In this document: piece by piece, positions 34,901-48,464 of the stretch | Position numbering within the stretch: position 1 is the first letter of the stretch | How the letters are laid out: every line of letters begins with the position of its first letter | Assembly: GCF_038025025.1 (NCBI RefSeq) | Contig: NW_027117339.1 | Coordinates: forward strand, 2,418,001-2,482,000 | Reading direction: 5' to 3' | Source: Phyllosticta citribraziliensis | Lineage: Eukaryota | Length of the DNA: 64,000 nt | Translations under genes and position numbers: made by a program | The notes under the pieces: generated by a model | Seen by the model: the letters and a program-made list of their open reading frames with translations, nothing else | Databases searched by the model: none | What the model was told of the DNA's origin: nothing

Positions 34901-37900
34901 ACCAGTTCAACGCCAGTTTGAAGTCCAAACTAGCTATTAGACCGATTCTCCGTGGCCTTGTTGATCCGGCAGATGGATTTTGCTTTGAGTAGCCACATCA
35001 GTCAACAACCTTGCCAGTGCGCCATCCGACGCGTCGTGGGGATCACTGCGAGCGCAAACGGCGCGTGTTGCTGTTGAGGTTTGATGCGCAGCGGCGATTG
35101 CCCAGTCCTTTCGTCCGGCGGACATCTCCCCGGCTGCCTGAGGGCGGTCAACTTCAGGCGCCTGAGGATACGAACAAGGACACCGACACCGCAAAGTCCA
35201 TTCGTGGCATGTTGAGCTGCCATGGCAACATGGAAGTGTCTTTGGCGGGCGCGAGCGTTGGACCTGGGATGTTCCCCTGTTGCCCTTGTTGACCCCTGAA
35301 GCAGCCACAGGCACCTAAAACAATCTGCCCTTGACAGTCGAGACCAGCTCTTCAGGGAACCATGGCTCATGATACAAGCCTTGATCAAACAAGGATCTGT
35401 GGTTCTGTTGACCGGTGGTTTGGTCCCAAGCCTTGGAGCGGCCATCATTCGATTAGGGGCTGTCGTCTTTTCAAACCCCCCTTTCGACGCACAAGTCGTC
35501 CACTGTCGCCTTCGTGAGGATTGTCCTCTCGTGACTGTGCTTCTGGATGCTTTGTTTGCGAGACCCGTGTGTCTAATTCACCGGCGTGGCCCCGAATGCC
35601 TCTGCTATCCGTCGATGTCGGTGAAGCAGGCCATAATTTTTCCGAGCTCGAGTTCGAGTTCGCATTCATCAACATACGGCAAATACAGGGAGCGGGTAAG
35701 TGCGCTGGATGTTGGACATTGCATGAGTCCCCGAGCTCTTGAAAAAGGGCGGACCAAAGAGACGGCCGTTGGGTCGCAGTGAGTTCACGATCTGACCGCA
35801 CGTCTACCCAAGGGTGCCAAAACCTCGGGGTCAAGCACCGAGGGCATTCTTCTCGTAGATTTGTCCGCCAATCAATTGGCATGAATTGACATGCTAGGGG
35901 AAAACGTTTGTGTTGCCCGTGTGTTGGTTGTCGCTGGCGGATTAGCAACGACAAGATAATGCGCCGAGAGGTCGCAAATCTTCCTTTCAGTCATGGGAAG
36001 AACCACTCTCCATTATCTTCAAAAAGACTGAATTGTAGGATCATCTTGCACGTATTCGAACATCAAACGGAGCATGCCGGTAACTTCAAAGTGATGCTCG
36101 GCCCTCTGAATGACGTGGATGACATATCCAGATGGAACAATGCGCAGGCGGTGACCAACAAAATGACTCTGTGGTGGACAGGCCGTGATGTCGCGGAGGT
36201 TGAAGTGTTAGGGGGGTGTCAGTTGAAATAAGGGACCTTCGTCCAGGACACAGGGTGAGTCGAGTCTTTGAGAATGTTGTGGACTCTCAAATGCCCTGAT
36301 TCCCCTTCATTGTTCTTGCTGTGATTGTCCCAAGCGTCGAGATTGGGAGCAGATCCATAGGTGGGACAGAAAGCCAAGTACATGACTTGGTGGAAACCAA
36401 TCATGGCACATCCCTCTTGGTCGGCAGTCAGCCAAAAGCTTCCCACACCACCTCTCCTAGCGATCAGAGTTCTCATCGTCAATGCCTCTTCGCACTCTGA
36501 CCACAAGGATTGCCTTCACCTGGTGTATCGGAGACGAAAGGGTCAACATCCTCCTGGTCCCCTAAGCGTTGTGTGCTCGATACAGCTATCTTTCGGATAT
36601 TCGGTTCCTACGGCACAGTGCTTGACCAATGAATGAGCGTCGTGGAAGAGTGCAATCCAAGTGACGAAGTCGAGGAAGCGATTTTAGGCATCTGTATTTG
36701 CCAGGAGTCTCTCTCAATCAGTCGATCAATCTCCACACTCCTCAACGCTTGACACAGTAATGACTGGGCCAAAGAGAAGTGTTCTGGTCCAAGAAATAGT
36801 CACCCCTTTCGGTGAGGTCCTTGACAGCTGGTGTTGGAACCGAGCAAGGAATCAACGCAATGCATCGAATGTGTGAATGATGACTTGTCATTCTGCCATG
36901 TCCATCCCCTCGGCACGGCACGATCCCCAGTCCTGTCCGCGGAGATTAGCCCGGTTCATGCAGGCTCGTCACACTTCAGGTGTTCTACGCTCACGTACGC
37001 GCAAGGCGCAGTCTGGGCAGTGATACACACGACAGGGCGGTGAAGAGCAACATGCTTGGACAAGTGGATCCGGCTCGCGCAGAGACGACCTCGCTGCAAC
37101 TTTTCCCACAACGAGGCATTTGATTCGGCAGGCTTGCATGATGATCACAACGCGTGTAAGGGATATCAACCCTCGCTCCGGCTCTCGTGGAACGTGCTCA
37201 GATGCTCACCACGACGGGTTTGTGCCCCGAAGTCTACTTGTAAAAGTCAAAGCAATTACGTGTTGGCAAAGGCGTGGGACTCTAGTGCAGCCAAAGAACT
37301 CGTGGCCGCCGGCTTTGAACAGTCTGGGAGTACCCCTTCCTAGCCCGTTGCCGCTCTATACCGTCGGATTCCCGCTGTAAATAAGCTCATGTTGTGGATA
37401 TCGTTTTCCTGGGTGTCTATAGCCCACCACCAACCAGAGGTCTACACGGACTTCTAGACTCAAGAGGGTATATGACCTCCATGGATAATTAGGCTCCTTG
37501 TTGCCGCTATCCAGGGTATTTTTGGCCAAACACTGGCTTGATTACTCGTGGTTCAGTCGGAATTGAGTCGACTTAACCACAGATCTTGCGATTCTTGAAG
37601 CGTTGTCGTTGGTCTCCTTGGTTCCTAACGGGGACTAAGCGAGTGGGAATGACCAGATTTTATCTTCTCGATAACAAACTATCCCGTGGCCCAGTGAAAT
37701 CTTCCGAAAGTATTGAGTCGAGCTGCAATTTGTGTTTCGGGAGCAGAGGACCTCGCATTGAGCGAGAGATCCGAGTCTCCTTGCGAGGATGGTTGTTGGC
37801 ACCAACTTGCCCCAATCAGCCGTCACGCATCCACTGTCTTGACCGAACTTGAAGCTGCCATATGGTACTTCGAGAAAGCTTGTCAATGGAGATAAGTCGG

Positions 37901-38745
37901 AACATGTTAAATGTCCGGCCCGTAAAAGCGAGTGGTGTTGGCGATTAAATTCGCCAAGTGCGAGCGAAAATCGCTGTTGAACATCTGCTGCTGCGCAGAA
38001 ACCGAGACATTGTCTTTCCATGGTCGGTTCCAATGTGCCCGAGAAATACTTAGCCTCGGAGCAGCGATCCGCCGTCTAGTTCGATTTTGTTTCGATTCAA
38101 ACGCTTTCCTGACGGGTCAATGGTGACGTCGTAAAGGTGAGGTCCGGAAGAAAAGAAGACTTTTTCTTTTTCTCTTCTCGTCTTCCGTGAAGAGACGCTC
38201 AAGGAATGGGGAACCGTCTCTGGCTGACATTTAGACACATGTGCGGGAGAGGAGTAGTTGCGTTCCAAGTAGAGACACCGGTGTCAGAACAACTTGCCCT
38301 GGAACATTTTAGCAGGAGAAGTGACCGTAGAAGTGACCAAAAAATGAATCGATGAAAGTAAAGAACATACAGGGTGTGATACCAAAGTCATATGACAAAC
38401 AAAATGCTTTCAAACGTCGGCCATTCATTGCGATGTCTTGGAGTCGGACACGGGAAGTGGCGACGTGGAGCGTCCAATATCCGGAAAAAGAGGGGAGGTA
38501 GAGCTTTCAACTACCAACGATATCATGGAAAGTCAAGATGGCACGACGGAGCTGAGCCAGCCTCATGTTGGTCAGGTCGTCGAGAGGACTTGCATGACGT
38601 AATGTTGTGATTTTGCTGCAAAAAGCTGAGGTGGAGGGCAACCGGCACCAGGGTCAACATCTGGGGGTCGGCCCGATTCCGCGCAGTCGCGTCTCCCGAC
38701 CGCGAAGGTCCAGCCGGAGACATCAAGAATGCGAATTGCAACACC

Positions 38746-40823
38746 ATGAGTGACCAAGAGTCGGAAGCATCGCGCGCGCGAAAGCGCACTTTTGACGAGA
38801 CGAAAGACGCCCCAGCCGCCAATGGCGACGGTATGTCGATTTACTATTGCCCCACGCTCGAGGCTAACCGATCGCTCTGCAGATTCATCCTCAGACGACG
38901 ATGACGATTTTGGCCCGGCGCTCCCTTCGCATGCCCCAAAGAAACGAAAGCGAAAACTTCCATATGCCAACCTCTATGTTGCCGCGCTGCCTGCTGCGGA
39001 GCGGTATTCGCGCTCCTTGATGCACAAGGACCAGCTGTGCTACACAACCTTTACGCCGCTCACAGACTTCCTCATAACGACGTCGATCGACGGCGTCGTC
39101 AAGTTCTGGAAGAAGAACAAGGGAGGAGTGGAATTTGTGAAGGAATACAGCGCGCATGGCGGCAAAACAATCATATCGGTCAGCGTCAGCGCAGATGGCC
39201 GCAGCTTTGCGACGGCCGGCGGAGACAAGACGGTCAAGATCTTTGACGTGGTCACCTTTGACCTGCTCACCGTGCTGGAGTTTGAGTCGGTGCCCAAATG
39301 CGTTTGCTGGATACACAGAAGAGGCGCCCCGCTGCCGCTTCTCGCCGTGTCGCTCGAGAGCGACAGCTTTATTAGAATATACGACGGACGAGGTGAGAAC
39401 AAGGAGCCACTGCATGTTCTGAAGCGCATGCACCGGCAGCCAGTCTCGCTGATAGCGTTCAACAACGAGTATGACTGCGTCATCTCCTGCGACGTCGGCG
39501 GCATGCTCGAATACTGGGCGCCGCAAGAGCCCTTCAACCTGCCCGACAACGTCTTCAAGCTCAAGAGCCAAACCAGCTTGTATCTATTCAAAAAAGAAAA
39601 GAGCGTGCCATCGTCCTTGACCATATCTCCCGACGGGAAGCAGTTTGCCACCTTCTCATTCCCGGATCGACAGGTGCGCATCTTTGACTTCGCCTCGGGC
39701 AAACTGCACCGATGCTACGACGAGTCAATCAATACAGCCATTGAGATGCAACAGGCGGGCACGGCGTACCACAAGTTTGAAGATCTCGAGTTTGGACGCA
39801 GGCTTGCCGTCGAGCGCGATCTCGACAACGAGTTTACGCGTCCAAGGATGAACGTCGTCTTTGACGAGACGGGGCACTTTGTCTTGTACGGATCCATCGT
39901 GGGTGTCAAAGTCCTGAACACATTTGAAAATCGCATCGTCAAGGTCTACGGCAAGACGGAGCCATTTCGCCCCCTGAATCTCACCCTGTATCAAGGCCAA
40001 CCGGACAGGAAGGCTGTGACGACGGTCGAGATGGCTGCTAGCGACAATCCTTTGCTGAAGGAGGCCGAGGCTCGAGACGCTTTGTTGATTAGCACGGGCT
40101 CTGCAAAACCGCGCTTCTACATGTTCAGCAACGACGAGCCGTACGTCCTTCACCCCCGAAACCTCGAGATCGACGTTGCTAATAGTGTACGTACAGAGTT
40201 AGCAAGTCAGAGCGCGACGTGCACAACGAAAAGCCGCGCAACCTGGCCGCCTCGGGGCCTGCAGCAGCAGATAAAGCCAGCGAAACGCGCAGCGGTGCCG
40301 TCGCCACGCTGCACACGACCATGGGCGACATTGTGCTGCGGCTGCTCCCGCAGGTGGCGCCGAAGGCAGTCGAAAACTTCGTTACGCACGCGCGCAACGG
40401 CTACTACGACAACGTCCTCTTCCACCGTGTCATCAAAGGCTTCATGATCCAGACGGGTGACCCGCTCGGCGACGGCACGGGCGGCGAGAGCATCTGGGGG
40501 TCAACCTTTGAGAATGAGATCAGTCCTGACGTCAAGCACAAGAAGTACACGCTCAGTATGGCGAATGCTGGTCCCAACACCAATGGCTCGCAGTTCTTCA
40601 TTACCACGGCTGACACGGTGAGTTTGTCCCCTCTACTCCCTACCACCTCCTTGTACCGAGCTAGACTGACGTGCGACTTCTTTAGCCATGGCTCGACGGC
40701 AAGCACACGGTGTTTGGCAAGGCCATTGATGGGTGGGATGTCATCCACGCCATCGAGAAAACGTCAACGCACAAGGAGAAGCCCAAAGAAGACATAAAGA
40801 TTGTCAGCATCTCGGTGTCTTGA
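38746..40823 (+). CDS. cyp15: WD40-repeat cyclophilin (PPWD1/Cyp15), spliceosome-associated PPIase
   Basis: Exons 38746-38830, 38883-40140, 40197-40617, 40686-40823. [29 protein letters not shown] repeats, [19 protein letters not shown]; cyclophilin [42 protein letters not shown]. Confidence 0.95.
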
Positions 40824-41522
40824 GGAGAGAGGTAGTCACTTGGCTTATGCAAGGCACCATAGAGAGGGCCATGAAATATGGCTTCATTGGATACATTCAT
40901 TTCAACGAAGATACTTGCAATACGTTTTCACTCGATGCCTACCCGTCTGCCTGGGTAAAGCTTGGGCGAGGGATGGTGTGATGCTGGTATTGGCAGAAGG
41001 TGTTATGGGAGCATGGGGAGGGCAAATGGTGAGGGTGAGTTGGAAGAGTGAAGACTACCAAGAGTGAACCATTGGAAGGACATGAATGGATGTTCAAGCT
41101 TGTCTTTTTATCTTCCTCTATCAAAAACCCTTTCCCATGACATACATGTATTTTGGGGAATCTCTTAACCACTGCTGTCCAGGAAATACGGATGCTTTAC
41201 TTTTCCTTTTCTTGCCTTTCATCCAAAACCATTTGATCCCCCATAGCTTGCTCTCTTTCTGCTCTGCCTCCAAGCTCATGGCCATCCGAATTTTCATCGG
41301 CATCTCTCCAGTCCCCATCCACGTTGTTCAGTTGAGAGGAAAAAGGAGATTCATTCATGTCCAGCCCGCAAAACACCTTGCTTTGGACTTTTGGCTTGTC
41401 CCCCTCCGCCATAAACAATCGCTTCATCATGAACGCGTAACGGCGCTACCACTGACTGCCTTTTCTCTGTTGGCCCGCCCTCCGACCAAACAAAGGTGAT
41501 GAATTGTAGGGTATTTCGTTCC

Positions 41523-42698
41523 TCACTGCTCAGAGCGGTTCTGGTTGCCCTTGCCTCCCTTGCCGCGGCCGCCTTGGCCGCCCTTCTTGTCGCCTTCGCC
41601 GCCTCCCAGGGCGTCGCCGCCGCCGAGCGTGAGAGCCGCTGTTGCTAATCTGTTGGACAGGTCGATCTGGGTGCGGATGGTGTTGGCGAGGTAGGAGACG
41701 AGCAGGACATCCTGGATGTGTTTGTTGCTGCAGGTCCAAGTTAGCTTGATTGGAATTCCTCTGCTCCTGCGAGGAGAGAGTGGAGACATACAAGTCGCGC
41801 TCAATGTCCGCGGGATCGACCTTGGGAGCAAGAGACAGGGCGTTCATGAGGAACTGGCCGAGTGCGCTCGACGGCTGCGCCTCCTCGTCCAGCACGTTGT
41901 TGACGTAATTCGACACGCGCTCGAGCATCTCCAACACCTGCTCCGTCGAGCGCTCCAGAGCCTCAATGTCTGTCTGGATGGTCTGGCTCCGGTCTTCGCG
42001 GTCCTTGGCGCCCGAGATCAACTCGAGACCGCTCTTCTCGGCCTCGCCGTACTTGATGTCGTAGGGGACGGGAATAAAGGAGCAGCTGTCGGCGGCGCGC
42101 TCGGCAGTGACGCCAATCGGGGCAGAAATGTAAGCGCGGGTCTCAATGTCCTGGCCGGGAATGTTGGAGACGGTCAAGTGGACGGCAGGGTGTGGCCAGG
42201 CGCCCTCGCCTTGCTGGCTGTAAAAGTTCTGGATGAGGGCCGAGAAGGTGTTGAGCTCTGCGCTGGTCGCGTACCAGCCGACGAGGACCTCGCGCGGGTT
42301 GGCGCGCAGGTGCAGCGCCAGCATCTGCTTCTGGTAGTCCATGTCGACCTCGACTTGCTCTTGCGTCTCCGTGTGCGGCACGGCGTAGCAGTTGCGGATC
42401 TCGACTTCGGTGCCATCTTCACTGCGCACACCAAGCAGGGTGCCGATGACGCGCTCTTGTTCGGGGTTGCGGCGGAGCGAGTGGTCGAGGATGGAGAACA
42501 GGGCCTGATCAATGCACCATTGCGTTAGTCGGTGCTTTCCAGGTGTCTCTGGCGACTTTTCTTTCAACAACAATGGGGTCCGCGGGAACGCACTTGAGGC
42601 TGGATCACGACGTTGAGTGGGGCAGTCGACGGCTGGGCTCCGATGTGCGCAGGACCAAGGGGCCGGGCGAGGTGGAGGAAAGAGTCGGTGTCGGCCAT
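41523..42698 (-). CDS. EIF3F: Translation initiation factor eIF3 subunit F (MPN domain)
   Basis: Exons 42698-42594, 42504-41792, 41727-41523. [56 protein letters not shown]. Confidence 0.93.
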
Positions 42699-42991
42699 GG
42701 TGGGCGAGGAGCGGTGCGGAGTGGGATGGAGGTTGGGGCGGACGAGGTGGAGGTGTGGCGGGCGTGATAGGTAGCTGGCCTTTGGGGAATATCTTCTTTG
42801 ATACCCGGCGTTGGCCCGCGCGAAAGAAAGGTGTTGTTGATATTCCGGTGCCGTCAAAGTGCGCGAAATCTCATCCGACCAACCAAGCGATTAGATAAGT
42901 ACGGTCGCCCGTAGCCAGCCACTGCGCAGAAACTTTTTAGGCTGGCCACGACTTTGCACTCGACGACTCTTCCAGCAATTTGCAAATTACC
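42699..42991. promoter_or_regulatory. Compact bidirectional promoter of eIF3f/UTP25 with PAC-like (CTCATC, ~42870) and RRPE-like (GAAACTTTTT, ~42929) motifs
   Basis: 293 bp separate the divergent ATGs. The motifs resemble yeast ribosome-biogenesis elements, consistent with UTP25; short matches only. Confidence 0.45.
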
Positions 42992-45170
42992 ATGGCGCCA
43001 TTCCGAGGAAGAGGACAAGGCAGAGGACAAGGACGAGGACGAGGCAGAGGCCGTGGCAGGGGTGGTCGCGTCGTCGGTCGCCATACTTTTACCAAATCCA
43101 GGATTGAGGATTCCGAGAGCGACTCCGAAGGTCCCCAAGCTGAAGACGAGCCCATGGATTCTGGCTCCGAAGACGACCAGATTTCGGAAGATGATGCAGA
43201 CGAGGACCCTGTACCCGCCGCGAAGCCCTATTCCGCCTTACTCCAATCATTGCAGTCTGAACATCAGGAAGAGCCAAAGAAAAAGAGAAGAAAACTTGAA
43301 CATCCAACTACGGCTGAATCGACATCTGCTGCCCAAGACGACGAGTCTGCAGAATCTCAAGATCTTGAAGAAGCCGAGCGCCAGGAAGTTTCAGACTCTG
43401 ACGACGAAGCCCCGGACTCTGACGACGAAGATCTGTCTGATCCGTTTGAATCGCACTTTTCTAGACCAGATGAGAAAGAGCTACCCAAGAGACTAAAGGC
43501 TATCGAAGACAACCAATGGGAGACAAAAAAGACCGACATTCCAGGCGTGGGAAGATGCACCACTTTATCATCGGGTTCAGATGAACTCTCGAAGAAAGCG
43601 CCATCCTCACCAGAGCAGCTGAAACTCAAACAGAAGCTGGGCTTGAAGGCGAAAGAACTCTTGCCAGAATTGAACAACATTCAAAGGAACATCGCCGCGC
43701 CTCTCTTCAACTACCAGGACATCCTTTTTGGGGGTCGGACAGCCCAGAATGCTCAGTCACTCCGCGACATCACTTGTCTTCATGCCTTGAACCACATCTT
43801 CAAGACGCGAGACAGGGTGGTCAAGAACAATGCGCGTTTAGCCAGAGAGAAAGATAGCGACGAGTTGGAACTCAGAGATCAGGGCTTCACAAGACCCAAA
43901 GTTCTGATGCTGCTCGAGACTAGACAAGCATGCGTCAGGGCGGTTATTACGATCATGAAGCTATCTGAGCCAGAGCAGCAGGAGAACAAGAAGCGATTTC
44001 AAGACACATTTGACCAAGTCGAGGAGCGCTTCGGAGAAGAGAAGCCCGAGGACTTTCGCGAGCTCTTCGAAGGCAATGATGACAATGACTATCGTCTTGG
44101 CCTCAAGTTCACCCGCAAAACAGTCAAGTACTTTTCACAATTCTACAACTCGGACATCATCTTTGCAAGTCCTTTGGGCTTGCGTCGGGCTATTGAAAAA
44201 GGCGGAGAGTAAGTCATTTCAAGCCTCTGGAAGCGTGGCTTCATTCTGACCAATGAACAGTAAGAAGAAGAAAGACTTTGATTTCCTCAGCTCTATCGAA
44301 CTCGTGGTCGTGGACCAAGCCGACGCCATGCTCATGCAAAATTGGGAGCACGTCGAATACATCTTCTCCCATCTCAACCTCCAGCCAAAGGACGCCCACG
44401 GCTGCGACTTTAGCCGCGTGCGAACCTGGTACCTCGACAACAAGGCACCGCATTTCCGGCAGACCGTCGTGCTTTCTGCCTACCTGACTCCTGAGCTCAA
44501 CTCGCTCTTCAACAAGCACATGCGCAACATTGCCGGCAGGGTCAAGATACAACCCACGTACGACGGTGCCATGCTCGATATTGGCCTTTCTGTCAAGCAA
44601 ACTTTTAGCCGTTACGATTCGCCCTCGCCAGCCAGCGATCCGGACGCGCGCTTCAAACACTTCACCAGCGCCATTGTGCCCGCCCTGACGCGCCTTCCAA
44701 AGCCTGCCGAAGGCGGAAAAGGCATCCTCATCTTCATTCCGTCGTACCTAGACTTCGTCCGTGTCCGTAACTACTTCGCCACGTCAAGCACAACGCAAAA
44801 TGTCTCGTTTGGCGCCGTCTCCGAGTATGCAGAGCAGGCCGAGGTGCGCCGTGCGCGCTCGCACTTTCTGACCGGCCGCCACTCGGTGCTGCTGTACACG
44901 GGTCGCGCGCACCACTTCCGGCGGCACTTGATCAAGGGCGTCAAGAGGGTCGTCATGTACGCGCTACCGGAGAACCCACTATTCTACAAGGAGGTCGTCG
45001 GCGATTTCCTGGGGTCTAGCATTGCTGAGGGTAAACTGGATCCCAGCGAGGCCAGCGTGCGGTGCGTGTTTTCCAAGTGGGACGGTCTGCGTCTGGAGCG
45101 CGTTGTGGGGACGAAGCGGGTGGGCAGCATGTTGAGGGATAAGAGTGGTGACACATTTGACTTTATTTAA
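42992..45170 (+). CDS. UTP25: U3 snoRNA-associated protein Utp25 (SSU processome, Def homologue)
   Basis: Exons 42992-44208 and 44261-45170. [79 protein letters not shown]. Confidence 0.95.
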
Positions 45171-46847
45171 GAGCATGGAAAAGGCGTTCGGTGTGCGCGA
45201 GGTATCGGAAAATCAGCATTCTAGGCAGCGAATGGTTTCATTTGAAGATTCACCGTTCACGCGCACCGTGTACAATCTCTTCAAATTCCTGAACGGCAAC
45301 ATTTGTAATTGATTGTCCAGAACTCTGATGGAACAGAAGACAGAGGATATGCAAAAAGCTGTCAAGCGCACAGGCCGCGAACTTTCAACGGAAGGTGATT
45401 TTGGAGGATCAGTCAATTCAGTTCCCTTCCCTTCATGACCTAAAATCCTTGAGTCCAAATTTCGACGTTCTTTTCAAGTCCGGAAATTCTACGTCAGCGG
45501 ACTTTCAAGGAAGCCTGCAGTTGTCCCAAAATGAACTAGCCAATCAGCATGACTCTCCAATCCTACGCAACATCATCCATCGCACTCACCATGTCCAAAC
45601 TTGTTCCTTCGGGCAGCCTTGCCCTTTCTAGCGACGCGCAGCGGGCCTTCGCGCCAGTCAGACTTTGCCAACGACGTTTCGCCAGTCGGTCGTTCTCGTG
45701 CATCATGGCCATATGCTTACCAGCGGCAGAAAAAGAAAAGAAAGTCTGGGCAACTGATCCCGCATGCTTACTATACGCATAGATGTGCATACATAATCGG
45801 CCGCCTGGCATCGTGAGCAGACGTCTACAGCAAAGCAGATTCATTAAGTAGATCGACCTCGGTTTGTGCTGCCTTCCTGGTGCCTATTAACCGACCACCC
45901 TGCCGCGTTTCTAATGCTTTTCAAGAACGACAGTAGGCTTTGTCGGCCTGCTTGGACAAACAAAACGGGCAGGTCCAGCGACGCAACAAATCCATTGGTT
46001 CGGCTGTCGTCTGCTGGTCGGCTTGGGACGCGTCGCATGCTACCACGTGGTCGACCAGCCCCAGGTTGCGAGCAGATGAGGCGGAGGCGTCGATGCCGGC
46101 CAGCCGCGCTGCGCGGTTTGCTGCGCGGTTTTCTTCACATGCGCGCGAGCGGGCTGGCGGAACGGGTTCACGGCAAGTCGGTCTTGGCGGCACTGCTTGT
46201 GCAGCGGGCGCCGCGGATGGGTGAGCTGTGAATTGGGGGTGACAATGTGCCATGTTTGTATCGTGGACTGGCTCTTGGTTATAATGAAAGACACAGGCAG
46301 AATTGTTGGCAAGGTAAAGTGTAGGCAGAAATGTTCTGGATCATGAAATTTTGTCGACTGCGCTCAGCAACATGGAAAAACGAATGCACAAACAAGGGAC
46401 GGGCTGACACACATGATGCATTTCCACGAGGCCTGCTATGAGTTGTTCCAACCGTCGACGTCGCCTACCTGATCGCACTTCATCCGATGCATGTCCATAG
46501 CCCACTTGATGCGTCTAAAGTGTGACTAATGAGGAGTAGCAGCGGCAAGAAAATGGGAGACAAAGTGAAAAAGACAGCAAAAGGGGGAGAATAAAACTCC
46601 ATGCTCCACGTATTAAACACAATCTATGCAGACAAGACAAATTGCCGTGGTAGCGGCAAAAAAGAAGGCTTAAAAGGGGGAGACAAGGCAAAAGCCAACG
46701 CAAAAAGGCATGGAGTGAAGAAGATGGGGAAACTCCTACCATGATGCCTTCAACTAATCATTGCTCAAACATTCCACACATGCTATCATTCCATCGTGGT
46801 CTTCTTACTCTCGAATTTCGAGCGGTTCATCTTGGCTTTGGGAGAGA

Positions 46848-48464
46848 TCAAGCCGCAGCCGTGGGTTCACCCAATCTCAGCGCCAGCAAAGCGCGCAGGT
46901 CGGTGACGTGCTGCAAGCCCTCGAGCAGCGGAACCAAGTGCAGCAGGTCGTTATCGGTTGGGTCACTGATCCAGCCTTCAATTGGAATAGCGTTGTCTGG
47001 TTCACACGCTTAGCACACGTGTCGGTTGAAGATAGAATTCGGCTTACCTTCGTGGAAAATGTAACTCATTGGACTGTTGTCCACAATCATCACCTTGCTC
47101 AGGTCCGGCTCGACCTGAGCCAAATCTTTGATGTATGCGCCGTTCCTGAAGGTACAGTGCTGCCGGTAAAAGCGTCCAGCAAAGTACTTGCGCTCCAGCT
47201 CAAGCCAATCGATGACGGGATCGGCGTATTCTTGAACGGAAGCAGTGAATATGACGAGGTTGTACCACTTTGAGACTTTGCGCAAGAAGTCGTCGCAGTG
47301 CGGTCGTTTGTGCACATAGTACAAAATGGGAACTTGAGGTCCAACAATCTGCCCAGCAGCTCCAATGGGCTGGTTCAGCTTTACTTCCACCATATGCCCC
47401 GTGGTATAGCGCCCTCCTTTGGCCATGCTGTGGATCAGAGTTTCATCGAGATCCAAGATCAAGGTCTTTTGGTGTGGACCATACTGCGAGGGCGCATTGG
47501 CAGCATAGGAGGGCTGGCGGCGCGGGACCAGGGGTCGCGGAGGCACTGGAGCACGGGGAAACTTGAGCTTTGAGGATGGGCCTGGGCTTGTTGGTGATTT
47601 CAAAGCGGCTACTGCAGCGTCTTGAGGTGTGGGACCATTTTCGGAATGTTTGGTGATGCTGGCCGTCCGGCTCTTCCTCTGCTTGCGGTTCCGCAGCGCA
47701 TCCTCATTGTGAAGCTTTATTCGGATGGAACGCCTCGCCGGGGCAATTTCGTCGCCGGCGGAGAGGGAAGATCTCGATCTTGTGTGCTTCGCCGGGCCGT
47801 CATCATCGCGGGTAGGTGGCCTTTCGCTCTCCGAGTCTGAAGTTATCGCAACCGAGCTCGTAGTAGACGACACTGATGGTGATCTTTTGGGAGATTTACG
47901 TGGTATGTTTTTGCCAGGACCACTTCTTCGTCGCAGACGGTCCTCGGCAGCCTCGGCCGTCCCATCGCCCTCAATCTTGATTCTCTCTATGCTAGTCCGC
48001 CGTCGTTTCTTGCGAGGGAACTTCCGGCCGATTCTGTAAAGTGGCATGAGGGTGCTAAAGTGACCGTTGTCGTCGTAAAAGCATGAGGCCAGATATCTTG
48101 CAGGAGCAACGGCTACTGTCAAGACTGCTTTGAGCCCGCCAACCACGGCGGTAGCTATCCGCTTGGGCATGAGCCAGCCACCCCATCTCTTGGAGTCGCC
48201 GAATGTCTCAATTTCTTGTTGGTCTAGCAGTGGAGTCTTCTCGTTGGTCGAGGTAGAGCTCCACTGGTCGGCCACGGCTCCTCCTCCACCCTTTTCGCTC
48301 TGAAAGTCTGTAACTTTCGGAAACACATCGTCCGTGTATGCTCGGCTGCGGGGCACGGCCGCGGTGTTGGTCCTCGAGAGGTCGCTCTCTGAACCAGCGC
48401 GTGAGCGTGAAGGGCTGGGTGGAGGTGTGGCGCCAATTCCCGAGAGAATGTTGAGGGAATTCAT
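46848..48464 (-). CDS. NEM1: Nem1-like HAD (FCP/SCP, NIF) phosphatase
   Basis: Exons 48464-47048 and 46996-46848. Starts MNSLNILS; catalytic KTLILDLDETLIHS, YYVHKRPHC, FTASVQEYADPVID, YIKDL, DNSP, NAIPIEGWISDP. Confidence 0.93.

Noticed and set aside
37380..37590. Possible snRNA because of an Sm-like ATTTTTGG at ~37518
   Set aside because: No U1/U2/U4/U5 conserved sequence is recognisable; an Infernal search would be needed.
38822..38830. ATG at 38822 as the cyp15 start
   Set aside because: It gives the wrong phase at the 38831-38882 intron; ATG 38746 gives the correct frame.
41716..42528. Long antisense ORFs over eIF3f (likewise over chk1, osm1, cyp15 and the expansin)
   Set aside because: Shadow ORFs caused by strong GC3 codon bias on the coding strand.
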